A stretch of 64,000 nt of DNA, from NCBI GenBank assembly GCA_965198175.1, contig OZ240245.1, positions 4,860,404 to 4,924,403 of the forward strand. Reading direction: 5' to 3'. The notes beneath the pieces are model-generated. The model was given only the letters and a program-made list of their open reading frames with translations. It searched no databases and was not told the DNA's origin. A program made the translations under genes and the position numbers. Of this stretch, positions 18,259 through 28,900 are shown in pieces. This stretch comes from Candidatus Poribacteria bacterium (GTDB lineage: Bacteria; Poribacteria; WGA-4E; PCPOR2b). Each line of letters begins with the position of its first letter. Positions within the stretch are counted from its first letter, which is position 1.

Positions 18259-20634
18259 ATGAATTATAAAAACTTCAAGCTAGATCGGTTTCAAGAGGAA
18301 GCAATCTATGCAATAGATAGAAACCATTCCGTTATCGTCACCGCGCCAACAGGAGCCGGCAAAACGGTTATTGCCGAATATGTTGTCGAAGAGTGTATTC
18401 GGATGGGTCGTCGCGTCATCTATACCGCGCCGATTAAAGCTCTAAGTAATCAGAAGTACCGAGACTTTTATCAACAATACAGAGATGCCATCGGTATCGT
18501 CACGGGGGATGTAACGCTCAATTCATCCGCTCAAGTTTTACTCATGACGACGGAGATTTTCCGGAATACAATTTTTGATGACATCACCCGCCTAGAAGGT
18601 ATCGAGTATGTCATCTTCGACGAGATCCACTACATCAATGATATTGAGCGCGGAACGGTTTGGGAAGAGAGCATCATTTTTGCACCACAGCACATCAAAT
18701 TCGTCTGCTTGAGCGCAACGATTCCGAATATTCATCAATTTGCGGAATGGATGCGAAGCGTTCGGGAGGGAAGAATTGAGGTCGTTGAAGATGTTGAACG
18801 ACCAGTACCCCTGGAACATCGCCTTTACCTTGAAGGCTACGGAATTGGCAATATCGGCGATTTTCGCGGAATTCAGGAAGAGATTGGCCTCGCCAAATTT
18901 CACAATCAATCTGTGGACGAAATTGTCGCTGGCAAATTTCCCGAGGTCATACGCTCCGACTTAATTCAGTATATCCATAAGAAGCATCGACTCCCTTGTC
19001 TCTATTTTTGTTTTAGCCGTAAGGGGTGCGAGCAAAACGCCGAATATTATGCCAACCACAATTTTTTGACAGACAAAGATCGTGATGAGATTCTTCGCGT
19101 GTTTGATTCACTCTGCGCACGCTACAGCATTCATGGTGAAAAGAACATTAAAGAGTTTCGGTATCTTGTCTCTAAGGGTGTCGTATATCACCATGCTGGC
19201 ATGCTACCGACTCTAAAAGAAGTAGTTGAACACCTGTTTGCATCGGGGCGGATTCAACTGCTTTTCACAACGGAGACGTTCGCTGTCGGAATCAATATGC
19301 CGGTGTGCACCGCTGTCTTCAACAGCCTAGAAAAGTACGATGGGATTAACTTTCGATATTTGAAAACACGTGAATACCACCAAATGGCGGGACGTGCTGG
19401 ACGCCGTGGAATTGATTCAGTCGGTTATGTTTATGCGCGCGTCAATCCCCGATTTGCCGATGTCGATCAGATTCAGCGAATCATCTCGGATGAAATTGAA
19501 CCCATCGAAAGTCAATTCAACCTATCTTACTCAAGCATCCTGAACCTTTATGAAAAACACGGCGATGACATTTATGATGTCTGCACTTCAAGCCTAAGTA
19601 ATTTCCAGAACTACGAACGAATCAACGAAATTGATTCAGAACTGAAAGGACTAAAGAGGGTATTCAAGCGCCTGCCGCACCCTGTGTGTATTCATGAGGG
19701 CATTGATGCATCCGAGCAAATCAGCGGTTATAGCCGCCTCTTAAACCGCCTTGAAGAGCAATCTCATCTCTTGAGAATGGAACGCGCGGAGGTAAAGCGA
19801 AAACAACGCGGACGAGGGAGTCAGAAGCTACGTTTGAAGAAACTTACGCGAATCAAGCGCCAGCTTCGGGGTATTGAATCCACGAAACGTGAAAATCTCT
19901 GCTGCGGCTGTGAACAGCTCAAATTGTGCCTCACCCGGCACCAAAAAATTGAGAATTCTGCGGACCATATTCGTGACCTCCAAGATCGGAGGGCATATTA
20001 CAAGAATTATCAACGCAATCAAATTGCCAACCGTCTGAAAGTGCTCGAAAAACTTGGCTATATCAATGAATCCGGACCGCTGCCCAGAGGAAGTATTGCT
20101 TCCCAAATCTACGGCTACGAAATTCAGATTACCCAGTTGCTCTTCAGTGGATTCTTTGAAAACGCAGTTGAAGACCAAATCAATGTGCTCATCATGGCGA
20201 TTGTCTGCGAATCGAGAAAGGACCTCCAACACTACCGGAAGTTGAAAGACAAAAGATTGACACTGTTGTTGCAGGAAGTTGACAGTGAAATTGAGCACGT
20301 TCGAGCCTTGGAAAGGAAGTATCGGGTAGTCGAGGAGATTCCCAAGCTGGAGTCGAAACTGAGTACAGCCATCCTCGCGTGGAGCCAGGGATGTGACTTT
20401 GAGGAACTTCACCAATATGTGAATCTAGCGGATGGCGACTTTGTCCGGTCGTTTCGGCTAGTCATCGATCTGCTTGGACAGATGCGCCGGGCGATGGTCG
20501 GTCACACCGCGCTTCTGGACAAGCTAGGTCGGTGTATTGATAAAATCAATCGAGACGTAGTGGATGCGGAACGCCAACTGCGGATCGGTCAAGTTCAGCA
20601 ATCTACTGATAGCGACATCACTGTCAGCCCATAG
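18259..20634 (+). CDS. Ski2/HelY-like DExH RNA helicase
   Basis: APTGAGKT, PIKALSNQKY, DEIH, SAT, HHAGML and QMAGRAGRRG motifs; DSHCT-like C-terminus (DGDFVRSFR). Confidence 0.93.
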   Translation: MNYKNFKLDRFQEEAIYAIDRNHSVIVTAPTGAGKTVIAEYVVEECIRMGRRVIYTAPIKALSNQKYRDFYQQYRDAIGIVTGDVTLNSSAQVLLMTTEIFRNTIFDDITRLEGIEYVIFDEIHYINDIERGTVWEESIIFAPQHIKFVCLSATIPNIHQFAEWMRSVREGRIEVVEDVERPVPLEHRLYLEGYGIGNIGDFRGIQEEIGLAKFHNQSVDEIVAGKFPEVIRSDLIQYIHKKHRLPCLYFCFSRKGCEQNAEYYANHNFLTDKDRDEILRVFDSLCARYSIHGEKNIKEFRYLVSKGVVYHHAGMLPTLKEVVEHLFASGRIQLLFTTETFAVGINMPVCTAVFNSLEKYDGINFRYLKTREYHQMAGRAGRRGIDSVGYVYARVNPRFADVDQIQRIISDEIEPIESQFNLSYSSILNLYEKHGDDIYDVCTSSLSNFQNYERINEIDSELKGLKRVFKRLPHPVCIHEGIDASEQISGYSRLLNRLEEQSHLLRMERAEVKRKQRGRGSQKLRLKKLTRIKRQLRGIESTKRENLCCGCEQLKLCLTRHQKIENSADHIRDLQDRRAYYKNYQRNQIANRLKVLEKLGYINESGPLPRGSIASQIYGYEIQITQLLFSGFFENAVEDQINVLIMAIVCESRKDLQHYRKLKDKRLTLLLQEVDSEIEHVRALERKYRVVEEIPKLESKLSTAILAWSQGCDFEELHQYVNLADGDFVRSFRLVIDLLGQMRRAMVGHTALLDKLGRCIDKINRDVVDAERQLRIGQVQQSTDSDITVSP

Positions 20635-20768
20635 CAACTGATAATTCTGGCATGAGTTAATGATAGACAGCCCTGTTTGTAGTAGGTATCGGATTGCGGT
20701 TTGACGGTAAATCCTAACGCCTAAGCTCGAAATACCTAATATCTGTCTTCACGGACCTGGAGCTTATA

Positions 20769-21668
20769 ATGACCAAAAAACTTCTCAAGTTGTGCGTTGT
20801 TCCAATTGGGATCGCCACGCTCTTAATGGGATGTGGTAGCCAAAATGAAAACCTCGCGAAAGGGAAAGAACTCATTAAATCGGATAAACGGAATAAAGAG
20901 GCGCGCGCGGTTGAGCGATTTAAGGCAGCAATCAAAGAGGAGCCCGATAACGCGGAGGCGCACTATCTTCTCGGACATTACGATGCTGAGGACTTCTATA
21001 CTGAAGAACGTGCGGCAGCTAGGATGAAAGCCTCCGTTGAAGAACGAGGTAAGCACATGTTTATCGCTTACCAGAACGATAAGCGCAAGTACCTAGAAAT
21101 CCTCGTGTTTGAGACCTTAAGGCATAAATCACTTGAAGTGCAAGAAGCAGCACTTGAGGCGCTCAAGCTCGTTTACACGCAGGGGGATCGGAATAATCTT
21201 CTCAAGGCGCTCAGAAAAGCCATTAAATCCAAGGATAATCGTGATCGGCATGATGCACAGCGCGTGCTAGCGTCAATCGCAAAGCAAGATCCAAACACAA
21301 TCATGCCTATCCTCGAAGAATTGATGGATTACAAGCGGATGGAAACGCGCTTGAATGTGGTTAAAGCACTGGGTGATATTGGTGATGAGCGTGCAATACC
21401 AGTGCTGGTCAAGGTTATCAACTCTGGATCCGCCAAACGCAAGAAAGATAGAGAAGCTTCCGAAGTACGACGGCTCGCGGTTGAAGCGTTAGGCAAGATT
21501 GGTGGCTCTGCCGTACAGGAGTTAGTCCAGCTCGTCGAAAACAAAGGGTCTGCCATGCGGGTTGATGCAATTCAAGCGCTAGAAAAACTGGGCGATGAAA
21601 GAGCAGTTAAGCCCTTGTTGAATGTTTTGAGCGAACAAGGCAGCCGAGAAGTTGTCGCCGAGTTTTGA
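20769..21668 (+). CDS. HEAT/PBS-repeat lipoprotein with TPR-like N-terminal part
   Basis: Lipobox LLMGC; PDNAEAHYLLG; repeated ALGDIGDERA, ALGKIG and ALEKLGDERA. Confidence 0.85.
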   Translation: MTKKLLKLCVVPIGIATLLMGCGSQNENLAKGKELIKSDKRNKEARAVERFKAAIKEEPDNAEAHYLLGHYDAEDFYTEERAAARMKASVEERGKHMFIAYQNDKRKYLEILVFETLRHKSLEVQEAALEALKLVYTQGDRNNLLKALRKAIKSKDNRDRHDAQRVLASIAKQDPNTIMPILEELMDYKRMETRLNVVKALGDIGDERAIPVLVKVINSGSAKRKKDREASEVRRLAVEALGKIGGSAVQELVQLVENKGSAMRVDAIQALEKLGDERAVKPLLNVLSEQGSREVVAEF

Positions 21669-21799
21669 TAGTTAGATCGTCTCATGACGCCAATCTAACG
21701 AGGAACTAACGGACGCCACGGTTGCTTGTCGTACGCATTCACTTCCAAATTTCAAACTAGCACATTTGGTGAATACCTAACTTTCGGAAAGGAGATTTG

Positions 21800-23227
21800 A
21801 TGATTCGGAAACCACAGCATTACTTGCTTTTAATAAGCCTTCTAGTCTGCCTACTTGCGCTCGGCTGCGGCGACAATCGTTATTACGACGATCAACTTCA
21901 GATGGAAGTCCAGCAGCTAGACAGCGACCTCGATAACCGATGGTCAACAACCGGCGTGGTAATTATCAACGTCGAGGAACATGGCTCCGCAGCGAGAGCG
22001 AAACTTGAACCCGGTGAACTAATCTCCTATGTGATCGGCGAACGACCCATCAACGAAAGCGGGGACTACGATGAGAAAAAGGCACTGAAAGATGACAACA
22101 ATTTTATCCTGAGGCTAACGGACGGTAGAGAAATTCGCATGTCAGTCCGAAGGACGGGCGATAAGGTCGGCTTGCGCGTCAATGGTAATCGGGTCAGTAA
22201 AGTCACACCGGGGAGTTCTGCTGATATAGCCAATATTAAAGTGGGGGATACCATCGAGAGTATCATTGATGAGCGAAATATCCAAACCATTAAGGACTAC
22301 AAGAAAGCAATTCGCGAATTTTCCAAATACGATTCCAAAGTCAAATTTCGGACGACGGAACTCATTGGTGTAAAAATCGCAGCAGTCATTGCACTGGGAA
22401 ATCTGGGGGATGCGCAAGCGGTCGATGATTTAACAGAAATCCTTGAAAAAAGTCCGGAAATCTCTTTGCGGAAACCCGCTGCCAAAGCGCTGGAGCGCCT
22501 CGTGACGTTGGGTCAGTTGGATAGTCTATTTCAACAATTTCGGCAGGCGGGTACAGACGAGCTTCCCGCGGATGAATTGCATCTACACCAGCGTGAATCC
22601 GCTGAAATCCTTGGGCTGCTCACTATCGATCTTGGGGAAAATCGGGCAGTCCTCACAGATCCATTCGGCACGCAATTTCGACACAGATTCGAAGCGCTCC
22701 GTCAAAAGGTCAATAAAGAGCGCATGGTGGAGTTGGCAAGGCATTATATTAAGCGTGCGGTCGAACCGGATCAAGAAATCCGACGCGCTTGTCTCTCCAT
22801 CCTGGGAAATCTAAAACCGCCGTCCGCTATCGAAGATCTGATCGCAGTGATGCAGGATGGCGAGGAGGTTCCCGGCGTTCGTTTTCAGGCAGGGCTCACC
22901 CTCAGTCAGATTGGCGCGCCCGCCGTTGATTCGCTCATTGCAGCTTTCAAACGCGGTGATGCGAGTGTCAAAGATATCGCAGCGTCCGCGCTCGGTAACA
23001 TCGGTGGAGCCAAAGCACGCAACGAGCTAATCGAAGCCTTGAGGCTGTCCACGGATGCAACGATTAAACTGACTGTCGTTGATGCAATCGCCAAGATTGG
23101 GGATAGTGTTTCAATCCAAGTGCTCCGCAAAACCCTACAAGCACAACAGCAGCAGCCTCAAGAGGATAGTGGCTTAGGCACATTCCTCGCTGAATTACTT
23201 GACCAGATTGAATCTCAATCCATGTAG
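21800..23227 (+). CDS. PDZ-domain plus HEAT-repeat lipoprotein
   Basis: Lipobox LALGC; PDZ-like VEEHGSAARAKLEPGELI and VTPGSSADIANIKVGDTI; HEAT repeats ALGNLGD and ALGNIGG. Confidence 0.8.
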   Translation: MIRKPQHYLLLISLLVCLLALGCGDNRYYDDQLQMEVQQLDSDLDNRWSTTGVVIINVEEHGSAARAKLEPGELISYVIGERPINESGDYDEKKALKDDNNFILRLTDGREIRMSVRRTGDKVGLRVNGNRVSKVTPGSSADIANIKVGDTIESIIDERNIQTIKDYKKAIREFSKYDSKVKFRTTELIGVKIAAVIALGNLGDAQAVDDLTEILEKSPEISLRKPAAKALERLVTLGQLDSLFQQFRQAGTDELPADELHLHQRESAEILGLLTIDLGENRAVLTDPFGTQFRHRFEALRQKVNKERMVELARHYIKRAVEPDQEIRRACLSILGNLKPPSAIEDLIAVMQDGEEVPGVRFQAGLTLSQIGAPAVDSLIAAFKRGDASVKDIAASALGNIGGAKARNELIEALRLSTDATIKLTVVDAIAKIGDSVSIQVLRKTLQAQQQQPQEDSGLGTFLAELLDQIESQSM

Positions 23228-23290
23228 CGCTTTGCTTGCACGGTGAACCTAATCCCACCACATATCACGATCAAGCGAACGGATAGTGAG

Positions 23291-23371
23291 CGATTAACTG
23301 ACCGAATAGGGAAGGCGATAGTCTTCACTGTCGGTTAAAACTATCGCCTTCCCTATTCGGTCAGTTGATCG
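23291..23371. repeat. Palindromic MITE-like repeat family C
   Basis: Arms 23291-23322 and 23340-23371 are reverse-complementary at 31 of 32 positions. Confidence 0.9.
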
Positions 23372-23391
23372 TTTAACCGATTTTGAAGCCC

Positions 23392-24228
23392 ATGCAAATC
23401 GGTCTCACTTCGGATCTGCATTCCGACGTCACTTCGCTGAATAAGCAGATTCTTCCCTATATCGTCGAAGCGGTTGAGGAAGCAAATCTGGACCTTTTCG
23501 TACTAGCCGGCGACCTTTCTCCAAATCTCCTTGAACTCGCTAAGATTCTCGCCGCATTCTCTGAATCAAGTCTAGCCTGTCCAAAGTTATTTGTGCCGGG
23601 AAACCACGATATTTGGGTCACCAGACATCCTCATGTCACGAGCCAGCAGAAATATAGTGCAATCGAGAAGGTTTGCTATGAGTGCGGCTTCCACCCGCTC
23701 TCAGCCGACCCGCTTGTTGTTAACGATGTCGGCTTTTGTGGGACAATCGGCTGGTATGACTACTCGTTTCGGCGAGAGGCGCATAAAATTCCGAATGAGA
23801 GATATGCGGAAAAACAACTGTTTGGGGCGGTATGGAACGATTTGAAGTACGCGAAGTGGGAAACTGATGACGTTGAAGTTGCTCATCGCTTTGAGAATGA
23901 ACTGCAAAGCCAGATAAGTACAATTAAAGATTCTGTCCTTCGCATCGTTGTGACAACCCACCATGTCCCATTTCAGGCGTGTGTGCGCTATCGTGGCAAA
24001 CTCCCGTGGGATTTCTTTAGTGCTTTCATGGGTAGTCAGGGCCTCGGTGAAATCTGTGTAAAAGAAACGCTTGTGACCCATGTGCTCTTTGGTCATACCC
24101 ATTTCCCGCTTCGTCAGCAGATTGGCGATGTCACAGCAATCTGTTCTCCTATCGGCTATCTGTATGAACCACCTAAACAGGGCTTAGCTGCCTACGCCCG
24201 TGAACGACTGGCACGTTTTGAAATTTGA
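23392..24228 (+). CDS. Calcineurin-like metallophosphoesterase
   Basis: SDLH, AGD, PGNHD, THH and GHTH motifs. Confidence 0.92.
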   Translation: MQIGLTSDLHSDVTSLNKQILPYIVEAVEEANLDLFVLAGDLSPNLLELAKILAAFSESSLACPKLFVPGNHDIWVTRHPHVTSQQKYSAIEKVCYECGFHPLSADPLVVNDVGFCGTIGWYDYSFRREAHKIPNERYAEKQLFGAVWNDLKYAKWETDDVEVAHRFENELQSQISTIKDSVLRIVVTTHHVPFQACVRYRGKLPWDFFSAFMGSQGLGEICVKETLVTHVLFGHTHFPLRQQIGDVTAICSPIGYLYEPPKQGLAAYARERLARFEI

Positions 24229-24387
24229 AATATCAGTTGGTCCGAAACAAGGTCGCCATGCGATAAGATTTCCGTTGACCGACATGTGAGAAAATGATTA
24301 AAATAGTTGAACCACCCCTGCCAAAGCTGTAAGAAAAGGAGTGATTTCAATTTCTGAAATTTAGCCATTGTTTGTTAGGAGTTTAGT

Positions 24388-25800
24388 ATGACCGATGTAA
24401 CAAATCATCAGTACCCTGTGGGCAGTGAGCAAAGACCGCTTCGTACCGCCATCGTCGGATCGGGACCTTCAGGTTTTTATGCGGCAGAGGCGCTGCTCCA
24501 GCAAGAGAACGTTGTGGTCGATGTCGATATATTTGACCGGTTGCCTACACCCTATGGTCTTGTTCGGTTTGGGGTAGCTCCCGATCACCAAAAAATCAAG
24601 AATGTGATTCGGATGTACGAGCGAACTGCGGCGCATCCACGTTTTCGTTTCTTCGGTAACGTCCAGTTCGGGTGCGATCTGCAAGCGGAAGATCTCAAGG
24701 CGCACTACGATCAGATTGTATTTGCAGTCGGAAATGAGACAGATCGAAAACTCGATATTCCTGGCGAAGCGCTCGAAGGCAGCTATACCGCTACAGCGTT
24801 TGTCGCTTGGTATAACGGGCACCCTGATTATCTGGATGCACACTTTAATTTGACTCATCACCGAGTAGTCGTCGTGGGAATTGGAAACGTGGCAATGGAT
24901 GTAGCACGCGTGCTGGCAAAGTCGCCCGATGAGTTGGCAAAGACCGATATGACGGACTACGCCCTGGAATCCCTGCGAGGGAGCCGCGTAAAAGAAATTG
25001 TGATACTGGGCCGCCGGGGTGCCGCACAGGCGGCTTTTTCCCCCAAGGAAATCAAAGAAATCGGAACGCTTCACGGGGTAGACTTAGTCGTTGATCCCGC
25101 GAATGTTACACTGGATGAAGAATCCAGTGTGTTACTGACTGACAGCAAACAAGCACGAGAGAACGTCAGATACCTAACAGAAAAGTCAGGGGAAGGACTG
25201 GGGACAAATCCCAAAAAGGTCTTCCTTCGACTACTTCGTTCGCCTGTGGAGATTATGGGGGACAATGGACGGGTAACCGGCGTCAAAATCGAGAAAAATG
25301 CGCTCTATAAGGATGACAAGGGGAGCCTCCGTCCTCGCGGAACTGAAGAATATGAAACCCTCTCGTGCGGCGCCATCTTCCGATCGGTGGGCTATCACGG
25401 GATCCCTCTGCCAGGTGTCCCCTTCCATGAGAAATGGGGAATTATCCCGAATGATCGAGGTCGTGTCATTGATTCCAAGACCCAAAAGTTCGTACCTGGA
25501 CAGTACGTGGTGGGTTGGATTAAGCGTGGTCCCTCAGGTCTCGTAGGTGACAACAAGCCGGATGCCGCCGAGACCGTCCGGTGCATGTTGGAAGACGTTG
25601 ATGGTAAAGTTGCGCCCGTGTCCGAAGACAAGCAACCACAAGCCATCGAGCGGCTCTTGAGTTCCAGAAATATTGCCTATTTGACATTCTCGGACTGGAA
25701 GAAGCTAGATGCCCTGGAGACCGAGAACGGAAAAATTGTAGGAAAGGTCCGAGATAAGTTCGTGAACCTCTCCGATATGCTCAAGGCTGTCGGTAAGTAG
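24388..25800 (+). CDS. Ferredoxin-NADP+ reductase, adrenodoxin-reductase/FprA type
   Basis: IVGSGPSGFY, PYGLVRFGVAPDH, GIGNVAMDVAR and GWIKRGPSG motifs. Confidence 0.92.
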   Translation: MTDVTNHQYPVGSEQRPLRTAIVGSGPSGFYAAEALLQQENVVVDVDIFDRLPTPYGLVRFGVAPDHQKIKNVIRMYERTAAHPRFRFFGNVQFGCDLQAEDLKAHYDQIVFAVGNETDRKLDIPGEALEGSYTATAFVAWYNGHPDYLDAHFNLTHHRVVVVGIGNVAMDVARVLAKSPDELAKTDMTDYALESLRGSRVKEIVILGRRGAAQAAFSPKEIKEIGTLHGVDLVVDPANVTLDEESSVLLTDSKQARENVRYLTEKSGEGLGTNPKKVFLRLLRSPVEIMGDNGRVTGVKIEKNALYKDDKGSLRPRGTEEYETLSCGAIFRSVGYHGIPLPGVPFHEKWGIIPNDRGRVIDSKTQKFVPGQYVVGWIKRGPSGLVGDNKPDAAETVRCMLEDVDGKVAPVSEDKQPQAIERLLSSRNIAYLTFSDWKKLDALETENGKIVGKVRDKFVNLSDMLKAVGK

Positions 25801-25816
25801 TGAACATTGTAGTAGT

Positions 25817-25892
25817 GTAGGTTGTGTTGAATGATCAAGGGAGCGAACAGCGACTGCGATAGAACTCCTATAGCTATCGAGTGAAACTCAAC
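25817..25892 (+). repeat. REP-like repeat family A
   Basis: GTAGGTTGTGTTGAATGATCAAG...GAGTGAAACTCAAC. Confidence 0.6.
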
Positions 25893-25959
25893 GCTTTTTC
25901 TGTTCCGTACGTAGATTGATACAGTAAAACCCAACTCTCCATCCAAGTGAGGACGAAAA

Positions 25960-28900
25960 ATGGAACATGAAAAAAACGCCGATACTGGCGAAGCTTGGGG
26001 TACTCGCGTTTCGCCGCCACCGAGTGATGCCCAAAGAGAGCGATTTGGTTATCAACCCCTTGATTACCAGACGACATTTTGTGAGGCGCATCTCGGACGC
26101 CACGCGCCAATAAACAATCAAACCGCCATTGGAATCCCCGGCTGCGTTCCGTTGCCATTCAGTTACTTGATGCAAGGCCGATACAGCGAATTTGACCTGC
26201 GTTTTGGCTTGTTGACGGACGAAGGAAAAGAAATGCGCCCCTACGTCCTCGACAATTTTAAACAGGAATCCCCCGGCGGCTGGATGCCGGGTTGTATCAA
26301 TCAATGGGACAATCGCGGGGTGCGTTACCGCGTTTCTGTCATCACGGTTCCCAACGACCCGCAGCCCTTCGACCTCTACGCTATATCGCTCAAGAACACA
26401 GCTAGCTACCCGGAAAAAGGCAGGCTCATTGTGACTATTGACGGCGCACCAACTCTGAAGGCTGACGGCGACCTTATCTCAGATCGCGACAAGCCGATGG
26501 TGGTTATGGAGCCTGTCGTTCCAACCGAAAGCATCGCACGTCCGATCGGCTGCGTCGATCCGCGCACCACTCCCGCCGCTCCCTGGGAACACGATGCTCC
26601 GCGAACCACAATCTGGATACGACACCGGAACGGCTGGTACGGGACCCCTATCGAATACCTGATGAAGGTTGACAAGGGTGAGCAGCTGCAAGTGTTCCTC
26701 GGCTACAGCGGTGTTCCGAACATCACAACCCCCAATTGGGATGAACCCCGTGATAAGATGGAACCGGACATCCGTGACCTGCATACCCCCTTGCCCAGAG
26801 AGATAATCGCGTCAGTGGAAGGCGATCCGCATCCACAAAGGCTCAGCTTAGAACGGTTGAAGCACGTTGTTCAGCGGTTCGTCGGGGAAGATACGGACGG
26901 AGATGGATATATCAAAATATCAGTTCGAGCGACGCCTGAATCTCGTCAACCCGCCATGCTCAGTTGGATTCGCGCCTACAAAACCGATGTCGAACTCAGC
27001 CCCGACGTGATTGAGGCTGACGTTGATGGAACGATTGGCGAATATATCATCGATTCGGAACACCACGCGGGCGGGCCCGGGGCGTTCCTACGCGAATTGA
27101 AATCGAAAGCCGATGCGCAGGAAATGATAGGAGAATTGCTTCGCTACGAGGTGGACGTTGGTCGAGACTTTAATGATGGTGTTGCTGGCTTGCGCGAATC
27201 GTTCGGCGTGGACCTCACCGCGTTTGCCCTTCGCTTACACTATGCTCCCACGCTGGAGCCCGGTGAAGAACAACAATTTCTGCTGCGTATCCCAGCGATT
27301 GACAGACCGGAACCGTCGCCTTACGGCAACCCCTATCACCCGTATGACACCGATGAAAACTGGCGAGTTCATCTAGAGCCGCGTTACCCGGATAATCCAG
27401 CAGACTACGGTGAAGATGTGCCGCCCGGACGCAACCCCGAAGAATATGCAATCTACGGTCCCAAGCCGCGAACACTCTGGATGGAACAGGAAAAGAGCGC
27501 CCGAAACCTTCGTTGGGAAGAAGCATTGGACCGAGTCTCAACCTATTGGAACGACTTCATTGCGTCTTCAACCCGATTCATAACCCCAGAACCGGTTGTT
27601 GAAGACACCTATCACCACCACCTTGCAACACTGATCCTCCATCAGACATACCTTGGCGCGAAGGATTTGCCGCTCATGATGTGCGGTCCTTTCTATTATT
27701 GGGATCACACCATTAGAGACTGCGCTTACCAACATGTTGCTATGGGATACGCCGGATTTCTCGACCTACACCGCGCCCTAGTTCAAACTGTCCTAACGCC
27801 GCGGGAGCAGCTGCCTCGAACCCGATGGACGCTAGGACAGTGGGGACCCGGTGACCCCAGCCGCGATGGCATCTGGGTGACGCGGACTCGACAGTTCGAC
27901 GCTCAAGGACAAACGCTATGGTGCGCGCTTGAGTATTGGAGGTTGAGCGGGGATTACGAATGGCTTGCACAAAACTATCGCTCCCTCGCTCGCGGCGCAG
28001 ATTGGGTTATCCGTATGAGAGAGGCGGAATGCCAACGCCTGAACCAACCTGAGAGACCGGAATATGGACTAATGCCGCCCTCTTCCGGCGAAGGCGGAGG
28101 CGGAGGACACTGTTTCTACGTCAATGCGTTCGCATATCTGGGGTTTCGGTTGATGGCTAAAGCTGCGATGGCGTTGAACAAGGCTCAAGACGCAACCCGC
28201 TACGCGGAACAAGCGGAAGACCTGAAGCGAGCTCTTCATCGATCTATTGAGATGAGTTTTGTCCGATTTAACGACTTCGCGGGCACCATCCCCACTAATG
28301 TTGCAATTGGCGAAGCACAAAAGGAGGGCACCTTCGAGACTGCCTTCGGTGGTGTTCTCGTCCATCCCTGCGGCGTGATAGCACCGCACGACCCACTGAT
28401 GAACGCTTTTTTCCGGTTTCGAGAATACCTCGGTCATACAACCGGTGGGCTGATGGTTTGGCCCTATATCTTTGTGGATTTGGCGTTGGGCTATATTCAC
28501 CGCGGCGAGCCTGATCGGGCATCGGATCTGTTCTACGCCTTTTTAGCCAACGGCTCTACCACTCACGATTGGAGCGAGGTGCAAAGTCTCAACGTCGAGT
28601 ACGCGGAATTTACACCGCCGAGACGAGGGGTTAAGGGTGGTGGCGATTCACCGCATTCGGAAGCCTGCTCTAACTACATCCATTTTCTACGCAACCTCAT
28701 GCTCCTTGAAGAGGAGGACGAAATACTGCATCTTGCCCCAGCCACCCCACGCAAGTGGCTCGCGCAACCCAAACCGATCGGCATAGAAAACGCACCGAGC
28801 CACTTTGGACCGGTGACTTATCATTTGGCAGCAGATGCGAATCAAACCACGATTCGAGGAGATGTCCAGCTATCCCCTCAGCGCAAACCCCGTCGATTGT

